The notes under the pieces are model-generated. The model made no database searches and was not told where the DNA came from. It saw only the letters and a list, made by a program, of their open reading frames with translations. Below, in pieces: positions 49,828 through 59,684 of a stretch of DNA of 64,000 nt. The position numbers were made by a program, and so were the translations under genes. This DNA is from an uncultured candidate division Zixibacteria bacterium (GTDB lineage: Bacteria; Zixibacteria; MSB-5A5; GN15; FEB-12). Location of the stretch: positions 576,001 to 640,000 of the forward strand of contig CAWDXE010000001.1 of assembly GCA_963806185.1 (NCBI GenBank), in the 5' to 3' direction. Positions within the stretch are counted from its first letter, which is position 1. Each line of letters begins with the position of its first letter.

Positions 49828-52482
49828 ATGACCATGCAGAAATTATCGACGGCCCAAATCCGTCAGTCCTTCCTTTCGATACTTTACGAACCGCGGACAC
49901 AGGCTGGTACCGTCGTCGCCGGTTATCCCGTTCGACGATCCCACTATTCTGTTCACCAACGCCGGTATGAATCAGTTCAAGGATGTCTTCACCGGCAAGC
50001 GCACGTCGGACTTCAAACGGGCCACCAGCTCCCAGAAATGCATTCGAGCCGGCGGCAAGCATAATGATCTCGACAATGTCGGCTTTACCGCCCGTCATCA
50101 TACGTTCTTTGAAATGCTCGGGAATTTCTCGTTCGGCGATTATTTCAAGGAAGAGGCGATCGGCTTTGCCTGGGAATGGGTGACCAAAGAGCTGAAATTG
50201 CCCGTCGATCGGCTGTACGCGACTGTGTATGAGACCGACGATGACGCGTTTAATCTCTGGGGCAAGATTGCGCCGGAATTGAAGAATGGCCGGATTCTCC
50301 GTTTCGGCAAGAAGGACAACTTCTGGTCAATGGGCGATATCGGTCCGTGCGGCCCCTGCTCGGAAATCCATTACGACCGCGGCGAAAAGTACGGCACCGG
50401 TCCGGAAGACGTGGTCAATGGCGAGACCGAGCGGTTTGTCGAAATCTGGAATCTGGTCTTCATGCAGTACGAGCAGATGCCGGACGGTCAGGTTGTTCCG
50501 CTGCCGAAACCGTCGGTCGATACCGGCGCCGGTCTCGAACGAATTGCCGCAATTCTGCAGGGGTGCGACACCAATTACGGAATCGACCTTTTCCAGAATA
50601 TCATCCGGGCGATCTCCACAGCAAACGGGCGCCGGTATCTATGACCACAAGGTATCGCATCATGTCGTCGCTGACCATCTGCGCGCGTTGACTTTTTCGA
50701 TCGCCGACGGCGCCGGGATTTCCAACGAAGGGCGCGGCTATGTGCTGCGGCGAATTCTGCGGCGGGCGGCGCGTCATGGCCGCAATCTCGGCGCGCATGA
50801 ACCGTTCATCTACAAACTCGTACCGACGCTGGTAAAGCAGATGGGTGAGGCCTATCCGGAGATCCGGGAGAAGCAGGATCATATCATGAATGTGATTCGC
50901 GCGGAGGAAGAATCGTTTGGCCGGACGCTGGAGACGGGACTTGACCTGTTTGACAAAGTAGCGAAGAAAGTTCACGCCACCGGCAATAAAATTGTCCCCG
51001 GCGACGAGGTCTTTCGCTTATACGATACTTATGGCTTCCCCTACGATTTGACTGAGACGATTGCGCACGAGCAGGGACTGACGCTGGATCAGGTTGGCTT
51101 TGAGAAGGCGATGACAGAGCAGCAGGAGCGGTCGAGGGCGGGTTCGTCGTTTGCCGACGTTGCAGGCGCAGAGTCTCCGGAATGTATTGAGACGTTTCAG
51201 ACTAGAGGTCTTCGCAGACATTCTTCCAACGAAGTTTGTTCGAGATTTGTTAACCGTTGAGGCCGAGGTCTCGAGCTGCCTTGGGCAGAAGATCGTCGGG
51301 TGACTGTCATACTTGATCGAACTCCGTTTTATGTCGAAGCCGGAGGCCAGATAGGTGATACCGGTACGATTTCCAATGAGCATTGGTCAATGACAGTCAA
51401 TCACTTGAGTATCCATGACGGATACTACTATCACATTGGTGACTTGACCGCGGCTCCATTCGAGATACTGCAAGAGTATCAGAGCGTCACTGCCTCCGTC
51501 GATTCTTCCCGCCGCTGGGATATCATGCGCAATCACACGGCTACCCACCTCCTGCACAAAGCTCTGCGCATGACGCTCGGCGATCATGTCAAGCAGTCCG
51601 GCTCGTATGTCGGCCCCGACCGTCTCCGGTTTGACTTTTCGCATCATCAACCGATGACGCCCGACGAAATCCGTCGCGTGGAAGAAATCGTCAACGGCGA
51701 GATCATCAAGGGTACAGCCGGTCGACACAAAGGAAATGCCGATCGAAGAAGCAAAGAAATCCGGTGCGATGGCGCTCTTCGGCGAGAAATATGGCGACAA
51801 GTGCGGGTGGTGTCGGTGCCGCACCTTCTCCAAAGAACTCTGCGGCGGTACTCATGTGCAGAATGTCGGCCAGATCGGTTCGCTGGTCGTGACTCTTGAA
51901 ACCGGCATTGCCAGCGGCGTTCGTCGTATCGAGGCAATCACCGGCCGCGCGGCCACCGAGTATCTGCTCGATCTGAAACGATTCCGCCAACAGGTAGCTC
52001 AAGCGGTGAACCGTCCGGAAGCGGAGGCACTCAAAGGACTCGAAGCATTGAAAGAGTCCAACACCTCCCTGCAGAAGGAAATCAAGAAAACCAAGCAGGC
52101 AATGTTCAGTGGTGGAAGCGGCGCAACCGGCGACGAAAGAAAAATCGGCCCGGTCCTCTTCTTGTCGCATGATTTCGGCGAAGCCGATACCGACACTATT
52201 GCCGCCTGGATCGATTCAGTGAAGGACAAGCCGCAGCCGGTGGTGGCGGTCGGCATGGCGCAGACCAATGGGAAAGTGTCGGTGACGGTCGCCGCCAACG
52301 GACCCGCCGTGCAAAATCATAAACTGAGCGCCGGTGACATAGCTAAGGAAGTCTTCTCCCGATTCGGTGGCCGAGGCGGGGGAAAGCCGACCTTTGCGCA
52401 AGGCTCGATTGCCACGGGAAGCGACAGTAGAGCCTTCTTCGACGCTATCGTGGAAATACTCACCGGTAAAGTGGGCGCATAA
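49828..52482 (+). CDS. alaS: Alanine--tRNA ligase, broken by several frameshifts (about 49875, 50625, 51180-51260, 51725, 51800-51825)
   Basis: [53 protein letters not shown] and GGRGGG in successive frames. Confidence 0.95.
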
Positions 52483-52487
52483 CTCGG

Positions 52488-53252
52488 ATGCATAACGGCA
52501 TTTACCAGACACTCTGTACGGTCCGCGCTCGACGCGGCGGCTGCTTTCTGCTCCTCATTGATCCGGACAAGATCGCCTCGCGTGAATATCTCACGCTGAC
52601 TGAATCGGCCGAGTCGTGCGGAGTCGACGCCATACTTGTCGGCACATCGTTCATGCTTAAGAGCGATTTTGACGGCGCGGTACTCTCCATAAAAAAGTCA
52701 ACTTCGTTACCGGTGATCATCTTCCCCGGTTCCTATACGCAGATTACGCCGCACGCGGATGCCATCCTGTTTACGTCGCTCATCTCCTGCCGCAATCCGC
52801 ATTACTTGATCGAAGAGCAGGTCAAGGGCGCACCGTTCGTGAAGGCGGCCAATATCGAATCGATCCCCACCGGCTATATGCTGATCGAATCAGGCAACTT
52901 GACCTCAGTACAATTTATCTCCGGCTCTCTGCCGATCCCGCGCAGCAAACCGGATATCGCATGCGCTCACGCGCTGGCGGCGCAGTATCTGGGCATGAAA
53001 CTGGTCTATCTCGAGGCCGGCTCGGGCGCCGATCAACCGGTGCCGGTCGAAATGGTACGGGCGGTGGCAGGATATGTCGATATCCCTGTCATGGTCGGCG
53101 GCGGATTGCGTACTCCCGATGATTGTGCTCGACGAATCGATGCGGGAGCATCGTTTGTCATCATGGGCAATCACCTGGAGACTGACGGTGAGCTCTCCCT
53201 TCTCCGCGAACTCACGGCTGCAACCCACCCGAGGGAATCCGTCACGGTATGA
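52488..53252 (+). CDS. Geranylgeranylglyceryl phosphate synthase family, group II
   Basis: LIDPDK, FPG, FTSLISCRNPHYLI, IPTGYMLI, YLEAGSGA and VGGGLR. Confidence 0.9.
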   Translation: MHNGIYQTLCTVRARRGGCFLLLIDPDKIASREYLTLTESAESCGVDAILVGTSFMLKSDFDGAVLSIKKSTSLPVIIFPGSYTQITPHADAILFTSLISCRNPHYLIEEQVKGAPFVKAANIESIPTGYMLIESGNLTSVQFISGSLPIPRSKPDIACAHALAAQYLGMKLVYLEAGSGADQPVPVEMVRAVAGYVDIPVMVGGGLRTPDDCARRIDAGASFVIMGNHLETDGELSLLRELTAATHPRESVTV

Positions 53253-53846
53253 ATCAGGTCGAAAAACTGGAAGCGCTGCGACGTCAGACCGAGGATACCG
53301 CGATCCTCCGCCAGTCACTGGTGAAGCAAAACGGCGCCCAGTTGCTGGAAATGGCAAATGTCATCGCCGGCGTTATCGGTTCCGGGGGCAAGATTCTGAT
53401 CGCCGGAAACGGCGGCGCCGCCGCCCTGGGTTCGTTGTTCGCCGGAGAGTTGATTGGCAAGATCGGCACTGAACGAGGCCGCCAGGCATTGCCGGCCATC
53501 TCGCTTTCGGCTGATTCATCGATGATCACGGGCGCGGCTGAATCGTTTGGTTACGATCAGTTGTTCGCGCGACAGATCGAGGCACTCGGCCACCGGCTTG
53601 ACCTGCTGATTGTCCTCTCCCCTACGGGCAACGACGCCAATCTGGTCGCGGCACTCAAGGCGGCACGGGCGGCCAATCTGATCACCATGGCGGTCCTCGG
53701 TGGATCGGGCGGTAATCTGCGGAGCTCTGGCCGACCGATCGATTGTCATCCCGCACCCACTCACGCAGCGAGTGCTGGAGGAGACGCTGTACGTGCTGCA
53801 TCTCCTGGTTGAGCTGATCGAACACGATCTCGTTGCCACCAAATGA
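53249..53846 (+). CDS. GmhA/DiaA-like SIS-domain protein, frameshift near 53725
   Basis: KILIAGNGG, LPAISL and GYDQLFARQIEALG. The alternative frame continues LADRSIVIPHPLTQRVLEETLYVLHLLVELIEHDLVATK*. Confidence 0.82.
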
Positions 53847-55120
53847 CGAAGCTGCCGGCAGCCGTCCGCAACGGCCTGGTACTTCTGTACGGCCTGTTTG
53901 TTCTCGGCTCGACCTTCTCCATTGCCATCGCTCAATCGGCTCTCGGCCTGTCCTTGATGCTGTTTGTCGTCATCGTCATCGTCTGGAAACACCAGCCGTT
54001 TGTTCCGCCGCTCCGCAGCGTCTATCTCATGATCGGTCTCTACGTGGCGGGAATGCTAATTGCAGGGCTGATGAACAGCACGCCGTTCAAGTCGGTCGAG
54101 ATGATCAAGGAGGAATGGCTGTTCAGCGCTCTGTTGGTGGGTATTGCGGTCATGCAATTCGACGGTGTTCCGCGCCGCTTGATCACATTGTTCTCGATTG
54201 GCGTTTGCTTTATCTCGCTCTACAGTATCATTCAGCACTTCACCGGCTGGCATCCCCTCAAGCCGTCATTTCCCGTCGAAGCGAGCGAATATGGTTGGCG
54301 GGTCGAGGGAAACTTCACTCATCCGCTGACATTCGCCAATTACTACGGCACCGCGGCTTGCGTTCTGCTGGGCTACGCCCTGGTCCAGGGCGACGATCTG
54401 TCGCGTAGAGCAAGAATCTGGTTTCTTACTGTCGCGTCGCTGGCTGGGATTTCGGTCATGTTTGCTCTTAGTCGTGGCCCGGCCGCCGCGCTGTTGGCCA
54501 CTTTGGTAGTCGGCGTGATCATTGTTGGCCGAAAATTCCAAAGACTGACTATCGGTGCGCTGGTAGTGGTACTTGTCGGTGTGGCGATATCGTCGGGCCT
54601 AGTGCTCCGGTATGCCGATCAACAGGCGATGGATTTCGGAGGGAAGGACGAAGGTGGGCGTGTCTTCATCTGGTCGCGGGCGGCCGAGATCATACGGTCT
54701 AATCCGGTGTTTGGAGTCGGACAGGGCAACTTCTCTGAGGAGTATTCAAAACGAATCCGCCCGGAAGCGCGGGCGACCCGGAATATGGCTCACGCGCATA
54801 ACGATCCGCTGACGGTCGGAGCCATCTCCGGCATTCCAACGGCGCTTGCGTTTCTGGGCATGTGGGCTGCTGTGCTCTGGCTGTTGTGGCGCGGCTATCG
54901 AAAACCGGATATATCGACCGCCGAACGGCGTCTATTTCTGGCCTCTCTGCTCGGAGCCGTAGTCTTCCTGCTCGGCTCGATGACCGAGGCCACGTTTTCC
55001 GACGAGGAAGTGCGCCAGATGTTGATGTTTGTCTGGGCGATAGGGCTGGCGGTCTGGTATAAGAGAGTGTTGGAGCCGGACAAAACGATCGGCGACCGTG
55101 ACTTGACAACCGCAAAATAA
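53843..55120 (+). CDS. O-antigen ligase / Wzy_C family membrane protein
   Basis: SRG motif, R..IW..A..II..NPVFGVG.GNF and HAHND. Confidence 0.9.
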   Translation: MTKLPAAVRNGLVLLYGLFVLGSTFSIAIAQSALGLSLMLFVVIVIVWKHQPFVPPLRSVYLMIGLYVAGMLIAGLMNSTPFKSVEMIKEEWLFSALLVGIAVMQFDGVPRRLITLFSIGVCFISLYSIIQHFTGWHPLKPSFPVEASEYGWRVEGNFTHPLTFANYYGTAACVLLGYALVQGDDLSRRARIWFLTVASLAGISVMFALSRGPAAALLATLVVGVIIVGRKFQRLTIGALVVVLVGVAISSGLVLRYADQQAMDFGGKDEGGRVFIWSRAAEIIRSNPVFGVGQGNFSEEYSKRIRPEARATRNMAHAHNDPLTVGAISGIPTALAFLGMWAAVLWLLWRGYRKPDISTAERRLFLASLLGAVVFLLGSMTEATFSDEEVRQMLMFVWAIGLAVWYKRVLEPDKTIGDRDLTTAK

Positions 55121-55130
55121 CCAGTAAGTT
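55103..55130 (+). promoter_or_regulatory. Leaderless-type promoter of the DUF3098 gene
   Basis: TTGACA, 16 nt, TAAGTT, 7 nt, ATG (55138). Confidence 0.6.
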
Positions 55131-55137
55131 ATCGCGT

Positions 55138-55419
55138 ATGGCAGTACCCAAAAAGAAAACCGTGGCCGCGGCGCCCGCCGGATTGGTGTCGGACGGCACC
55201 CGGACTTTCGTCTGGCCCTTCGGCAAGAAGAATTACATCCTCTTTGGCGTGGCTCTGGCCGTCATTGCTATTGGCTTTCTGTTTCTGGCTCAGGGATCGA
55301 TAACGCTGGCTCCTTTCCTTCTGGTTGTGGGGTATTGCGTGCTGGTTCCGTGGGCGATCTTGGCCAAGAACCAGCCAAAGGCCGAGGCCCCCGCCGACAG
55401 TTCCAACGTCAGCGCCTGA
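55138..55419 (+). CDS. DUF3098-family small membrane protein
   Basis: PFGKKNYILF...IGF...TLAPFLLVVGY..LVP.AI. Confidence 0.8.
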   Translation: MAVPKKKTVAAAPAGLVSDGTRTFVWPFGKKNYILFGVALAVIAIGFLFLAQGSITLAPFLLVVGYCVLVPWAILAKNQPKAEAPADSSNVSA

Positions 55420-55494
55420 TTCCTTTGCATCTCAACAACTTGGTCCTCAGTAGCGGGCCGGTCGTTTTTTTACGCGTATAGAGTCTGTCTGCCC

Positions 55495-55522
55495 TTGCCT
55501 TTTCGGAGCCGTTGTATATATT
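55495..55522 (+). promoter_or_regulatory. Promoter of the tRNA-Val/tRNA-Asp operon
   Basis: TTGCCT, 16 nt, TATATT, followed by a GC-rich discriminator-like GGCGCGC. Confidence 0.55.
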
Positions 55523-55614
55523 GGCGCGCTGACCATCGCGGAACCTGATTGTAGACCAGCCTCTTAGCGGCGCAGGGTCTCATGCCGAGGGTGACACCCG
55601 GCCCAGAATGAACC

Positions 55615-55688
55615 GGGCGGTTAGCTCAGCTGGTTAGAGCACCTGCCTTACACGCAGGGGGTCACTAGTTCGAATCTAGTACCGCCCA
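55615..55688 (+). tRNA. tRNA-Val (anticodon TAC)
   Basis: GGGCGGT/ACCGCCC acceptor, CCTGC-CTTACAC-GCAGG anticodon arm, GTTCGAAT T-loop. Confidence 0.97.
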
Positions 55689-55773
55689 GTATAGAGCACC
55701 GCAAGGGAATCGACGGTCAGTGGTGAGGCGCAAGGCCGAGCCGCCGGGCAATCCGGCACGACAAATAGCCAAC

Positions 55774-55847
55774 GGGGTTGTAGTTCAGTTGGTTAGAACG
55801 CATGCCTGTCACGCATGAGGTCGCGAGTTCGAGTCTCGTCAACCCCG
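55774..55847 (+). tRNA. tRNA-Asp (anticodon GTC)
   Basis: GGGGTTG/CAACCCC acceptor, CATGC-CTGTCAC-GCATG anticodon arm, GTTCGAGT T-loop. Confidence 0.97.
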
Positions 55848-55945
55848 CTTATAATTGGTCATAAATTCTTGGTTCGCGTCACCACAATCCTCGATTGATT
55901 TCCGCCTTTCGCAGCAGCGTTTCTGATCGGCTGGCAGCCCTGACA

Positions 55946-55977
55946 TCTTTACGCCTTCTTTACGCCTCTCGACGCTT
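55946..55977 (+). promoter_or_regulatory. Direct repeats with 11-bp period, probable KdpE (OmpR-family) binding boxes
   Basis: TCTTTACGCC-T-TCTTTACGCC-T-CTCGACGCTT upstream of the kdp locus. Confidence 0.6.
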
Positions 55978-56076
55978 TCTTGAGAATCCTTCAATTCACA
56001 TTTGCACTATATCTACGTGAGTCGCGGCGAAACACGTAGTGAAGTTTCTGCCGCCGACCAGGGAAACGAGGTGTCT

Positions 56077-56208
56077 ATGCGGACTGTCAATTCCGGTGGA
56101 AAGGACATTGTGAAGACGATCGCGCTCATCATTTTGATGACCGCTGTCTTCGTCTTTGCGCTCTATGCGGCCAAGGCCCTTGTCGACGGCTGGCCGCTCA
56201 CTCATTGA
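56077..56208 (+). CDS. Small single-pass membrane protein (43 aa) at the head of the kdp locus
   Basis: GAGGTG RBS; MRTVNSGGKDIVKTIALIILMTAVFVFALYAAKALVDGWPLTH. Confidence 0.55.
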   Translation: MRTVNSGGKDIVKTIALIILMTAVFVFALYAAKALVDGWPLTH

Positions 56209-56480
56209 TCCATGTGTAGGAAATGACACGCCAAATGCGAAATGTACGTTGTCTCATAAGGGCCGGTATGATCGAAGTCGCCAAGTTTCTGGCGCTGTCC
56301 GCGCTGATAGCGACCGGCGTATTCACCGCTATGTTCGTCGCCCAGGCGCTTTCGATTATTCGATTTCAGCAGCAAGCGGTAATCTCGCGATCAATTTCGC
56401 ACAGGCCAGTTCGAGAATTCAGAAAGATATTACCGTTAAATCGAACATTCAGCGCTCTCGAATCAGAAAGTTGGAGAAAG

Positions 56481-57845
56481 ATGAAGTTCAAAGAGCTGTC
56501 CGGAGTCATGCTAAGCATTCTGGTTCTAATCTGCGGTACCGCCCTCGCGGAACAAAAGGGTCAACCTTTCGAAGGAATCGATCAAACCTGGCAAAACGGC
56601 AGCGATCGACGCGATTCGTCCGTATTCAAGGATATGAAGTACTTCACGCCAAGCGTTTTGATCGATCTCAACTACAATTTCTCATTCAGAGATCCAATCG
56701 ACAATACGGCGGTGGGTTCAACAGCGGTGGCTCGTCACAATGAAGTGCAGCTGTCGGCACTGCATTTCGGTGGCGACTTTACGTTTGACAACGCCCGCGG
56801 GCGAATCATGACGCAGTTCGGCACGCGCTCGACCGTTGTTCCCAGAAACGACTTCAGTCCGTATCGCGGTCAATACCAACTGGCTAATGTATACCGCTAT
56901 TTGAGTGAGGCCTACGCCGGCTATCACATTAATAAGGCGTATGGCGTTAACATCGATATGGGCTTGTTTATGTCATACATTGGCCTCAACTCGTTTTACC
57001 AACCCGAAAATTGGGAATACCAGGCCTCCTTCACGTCCGACAATACTCCCTGGTTCTTCAATGGCATTCGAATTCAGATACACCCATCGCGCTTTCTGAA
57101 GATCGAACCCTGGATTATTAATGGTTGGCAAAGTTATGGCAAATTCAATACCATGCCTGGGTTGGGAGCGAACATCACGTGGATGCCGAACAGTAACGTG
57201 AAGCTGTTGACGAACGACTATTTTGGTACCGACGCGGCCGGGATCAAGTCACGCAAGCGTTTCCACTCGGACAATAGTTTTCTGTTGCGGTACCATGAGA
57301 ATCCGCAGAGCAAAGGGATCACACGGGCGGCTTTCTCTTTCACCGGCGACATCGGCTTTGAGAAAGGTGGCGGCGTAAACGGATTCTCTGACGGAGACTC
57401 AACTCAGGGGCCGGCGCAGTACTTTCTAAGTGCCATGTTCTATAATCGCGTGTGGTTCCATCAAAACAGGTTTGCGTGGACAATCGGCGGCGGGGCGATG
57501 ACCAATCCGGGTCGCTACCTCGTGTTGTACCCGACTGGAGAGGCGAGCCCCCTTCCGGATCCGAACGATCCGACAAAGTTCGAGGGCGCCTACCCTTTTT
57601 CGGCAAACCCGGGTGACAAGTTTAGAGCATGGGATATATCGACAAATATTGACTATATGCCCAACCAGAGTGTGACTTTCCGGCTGGAATTGGTGCATCG
57701 CGAAGCCAGTGTCCCGTACTTCGCGGGGCGGGGAGGCGTGACATCGCAAAGCGGTTATTCGACGACAGCGCTGGACCCCAATTGGCGTCCCGATCTGGTG
57801 AAGTCCGAAACCAGAATCATTCTGGCGACGCTCTTTAGACTCTGA
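56481..57845 (+). CDS. Outer-membrane beta-barrel porin (DUF1597/BBP2-like), kdp-associated
   Basis: GGAG RBS and signal peptide at 56481, EAYAGYH, GLFMSYIGL, TPWFFNG, INGWQ, aromatic C-terminus. The ORF is open upstream to 56223. Confidence 0.78.
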   Translation: MKFKELSGVMLSILVLICGTALAEQKGQPFEGIDQTWQNGSDRRDSSVFKDMKYFTPSVLIDLNYNFSFRDPIDNTAVGSTAVARHNEVQLSALHFGGDFTFDNARGRIMTQFGTRSTVVPRNDFSPYRGQYQLANVYRYLSEAYAGYHINKAYGVNIDMGLFMSYIGLNSFYQPENWEYQASFTSDNTPWFFNGIRIQIHPSRFLKIEPWIINGWQSYGKFNTMPGLGANITWMPNSNVKLLTNDYFGTDAAGIKSRKRFHSDNSFLLRYHENPQSKGITRAAFSFTGDIGFEKGGGVNGFSDGDSTQGPAQYFLSAMFYNRVWFHQNRFAWTIGGGAMTNPGRYLVLYPTGEASPLPDPNDPTKFEGAYPFSANPGDKFRAWDISTNIDYMPNQSVTFRLELVHREASVPYFAGRGGVTSQSGYSTTALDPNWRPDLVKSETRIILATLFRL

Positions 57846-57886
57846 CCGGCAATCGGAAACAACACCTTTCACATGGGAACCACGGT

Positions 57887-57973
57887 ATGGAATTCATAAT
57901 CGGCGGGATAGTAGCGTTGGCGTTGCTCATTTACCTGGTATACGCCCTGTTTCACCCGGAGAAACTGACCTAA
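57887..57973 (+). CDS. kdpF: K+-transporting ATPase subunit F
   Basis: MEFIIGGIVALALLIYLVYALFHPEKLT* matches the KdpF YLxYAL..PE motif and lies directly before kdpA. Confidence 0.9.
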   Translation: MEFIIGGIVALALLIYLVYALFHPEKLT

Positions 57974-57982
57974 GAGGAATCG

Positions 57983-59674
57983 ATGAACTCACTTGATTAC
58001 GTGCAAATTGCGCTCTATGTCGGTGCCTTGATCGTGCTGACCCCGCTCCTGGGTGGATTTATGGCGAGAGTGTTGGGCGGCCAACGCCACCTACTCTCTG
58101 CCCCCCTGGGTTGGCTGGAGCGCCTGATATACAGATTGTCTGGCGTTAATCCGGCCGAGGAGACGCACTGGAAAACCTATGCATGGGCGCTGCTCTGGTT
58201 CAATTTCTTCGGTTTTCTGGTCGTGTTCTTGCTGCAGGTGACGCAGCAGTGGCTGCCCCTCAATCCGCAGAATCTGCCGGCCGTGTCGTGGCATTCCGCG
58301 ATTAGTACGGCCGTCAGTTTCATGACGAACACCAACTGGCAGGGGTATGGCGGCGAAAATACGATGAGCTATCTGACACAAATGCTCGGGCTGACGGTTC
58401 AGAACTTTGTGTCGGCGGCCACAGCGATCGGTGTACTGCTGGCGCTTGTTCGCGGGTTCATGCGAAAGTCCAGCAATACCATCGGTAATTTCTGGACAGA
58501 TCTGACGCGGACAACCATCTATATCCTTCTTCCCCTTGCTATCATCTACACGGTTATTCTCGTTGGCCAGGGCGTCGTCCAGACCAACGATAATTATCAG
58601 ACAGTGACTACACTTGAAGGTCAGCAGCAGACGATCGCGGTCGGACCTGCGGCATCGCAGATTGCGATCAAGCAACTTGGTACCAACGGCGGCGGCTTCT
58701 TCAATGCCAATAGTTCTGTACCGTTCGAGAATCCCACCCCGGTGTCGAATTTCTTTGAGATGCTGGCGCTTTTACTAATTCCGGCGTCCTTGGCATATAC
58801 CTACGGCAAACTTATCGGCAATATACGACACGGCTGGCTGATCTTCTCGGTTATGCTCTTGCTGTTCATCGGGGGATTAGCCGCATCGCTGTACAGCGAG
58901 TTCTCTCCCAATGCGGTTACCAACACCTCTGCCAATATGGAAGGCAAGGAAGTGAGGTTCGGGGTAACAAATAGCGTGATCTGGTCGACTGCGACGACCG
59001 ATGCCTCCAACGGGTCGGTCAACGCCATGCATGACAGCCTGACGCCCATCGCAGGCGGAGTGGCTATGTTCAATATGATGCTGGGCGAGATCATCTTCGG
59101 CGGAGTCGGGTGCGGATTGTACGGCATGCTTCTGTTCGTGCTTCTCACCGTGTTTCTTGCCGGTCTGATGGTGGGAAGAACACCGGAATATCTCGGGAAA
59201 AAGATTGAGGCAAGTGATATCAAGTGGGTGATTTTCGCCATTGTGGTGCCGAGTGTCGTGCTATTGATCCAGGCGGGGATCTCCGCCGTGGTCAAGCCTG
59301 GGTTATCGAGTCTCGCCAACGCGGGACCGCATGGCTTGAGTGAGATCCTGTACGCATTCGCCAGCGGCATCGGCAACAATGGCAGTGCCTTTGGTGGGCT
59401 CAGTGCCAATACCGTATACTATAATTTGATGATCGCATTGTCTATGCTGGTCGGGCGTTTTGCGATTCTCTTGCCGGTTCTGGCCGTGTCCGGTCAAATG
59501 GTAACGAAAAATGTCACTCCCGTTTCGGCAGGTACGTTTTCCACCAACAGTGGGGTATTTGTCATCCTTCTCCTTGGCGTCATACTAATTGTTGGCGCGC
59601 TGACCTTCTTCCCCGCGCTCTGCCTGGGACCGATAATCGAGCAATTCCTAATGAACGCAGGACAAACTTTCTGA
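57983..59674 (+). CDS. kdpA: K+-transporting ATPase subunit A
   Basis: [44 protein letters not shown] and NNGSAF. Confidence 0.98.
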   Translation: MNSLDYVQIALYVGALIVLTPLLGGFMARVLGGQRHLLSAPLGWLERLIYRLSGVNPAEETHWKTYAWALLWFNFFGFLVVFLLQVTQQWLPLNPQNLPAVSWHSAISTAVSFMTNTNWQGYGGENTMSYLTQMLGLTVQNFVSAATAIGVLLALVRGFMRKSSNTIGNFWTDLTRTTIYILLPLAIIYTVILVGQGVVQTNDNYQTVTTLEGQQQTIAVGPAASQIAIKQLGTNGGGFFNANSSVPFENPTPVSNFFEMLALLLIPASLAYTYGKLIGNIRHGWLIFSVMLLLFIGGLAASLYSEFSPNAVTNTSANMEGKEVRFGVTNSVIWSTATTDASNGSVNAMHDSLTPIAGGVAMFNMMLGEIIFGGVGCGLYGMLLFVLLTVFLAGLMVGRTPEYLGKKIEASDIKWVIFAIVVPSVVLLIQAGISAVVKPGLSSLANAGPHGLSEILYAFASGIGNNGSAFGGLSANTVYYNLMIALSMLVGRFAILLPVLAVSGQMVTKNVTPVSAGTFSTNSGVFVILLLGVILIVGALTFFPALCLGPIIEQFLMNAGQTF

Positions 59675-59684
59675 GGCAACGGCA

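Noticed and set aside
49828..52482. Programmed frameshifting or true pseudogenisation of alaS and other split genes
   Set aside because: There are too many independent breaks in unrelated genes, no consistent slippery motif, and catalytic motifs are intact. Sequencing error is the simpler explanation.
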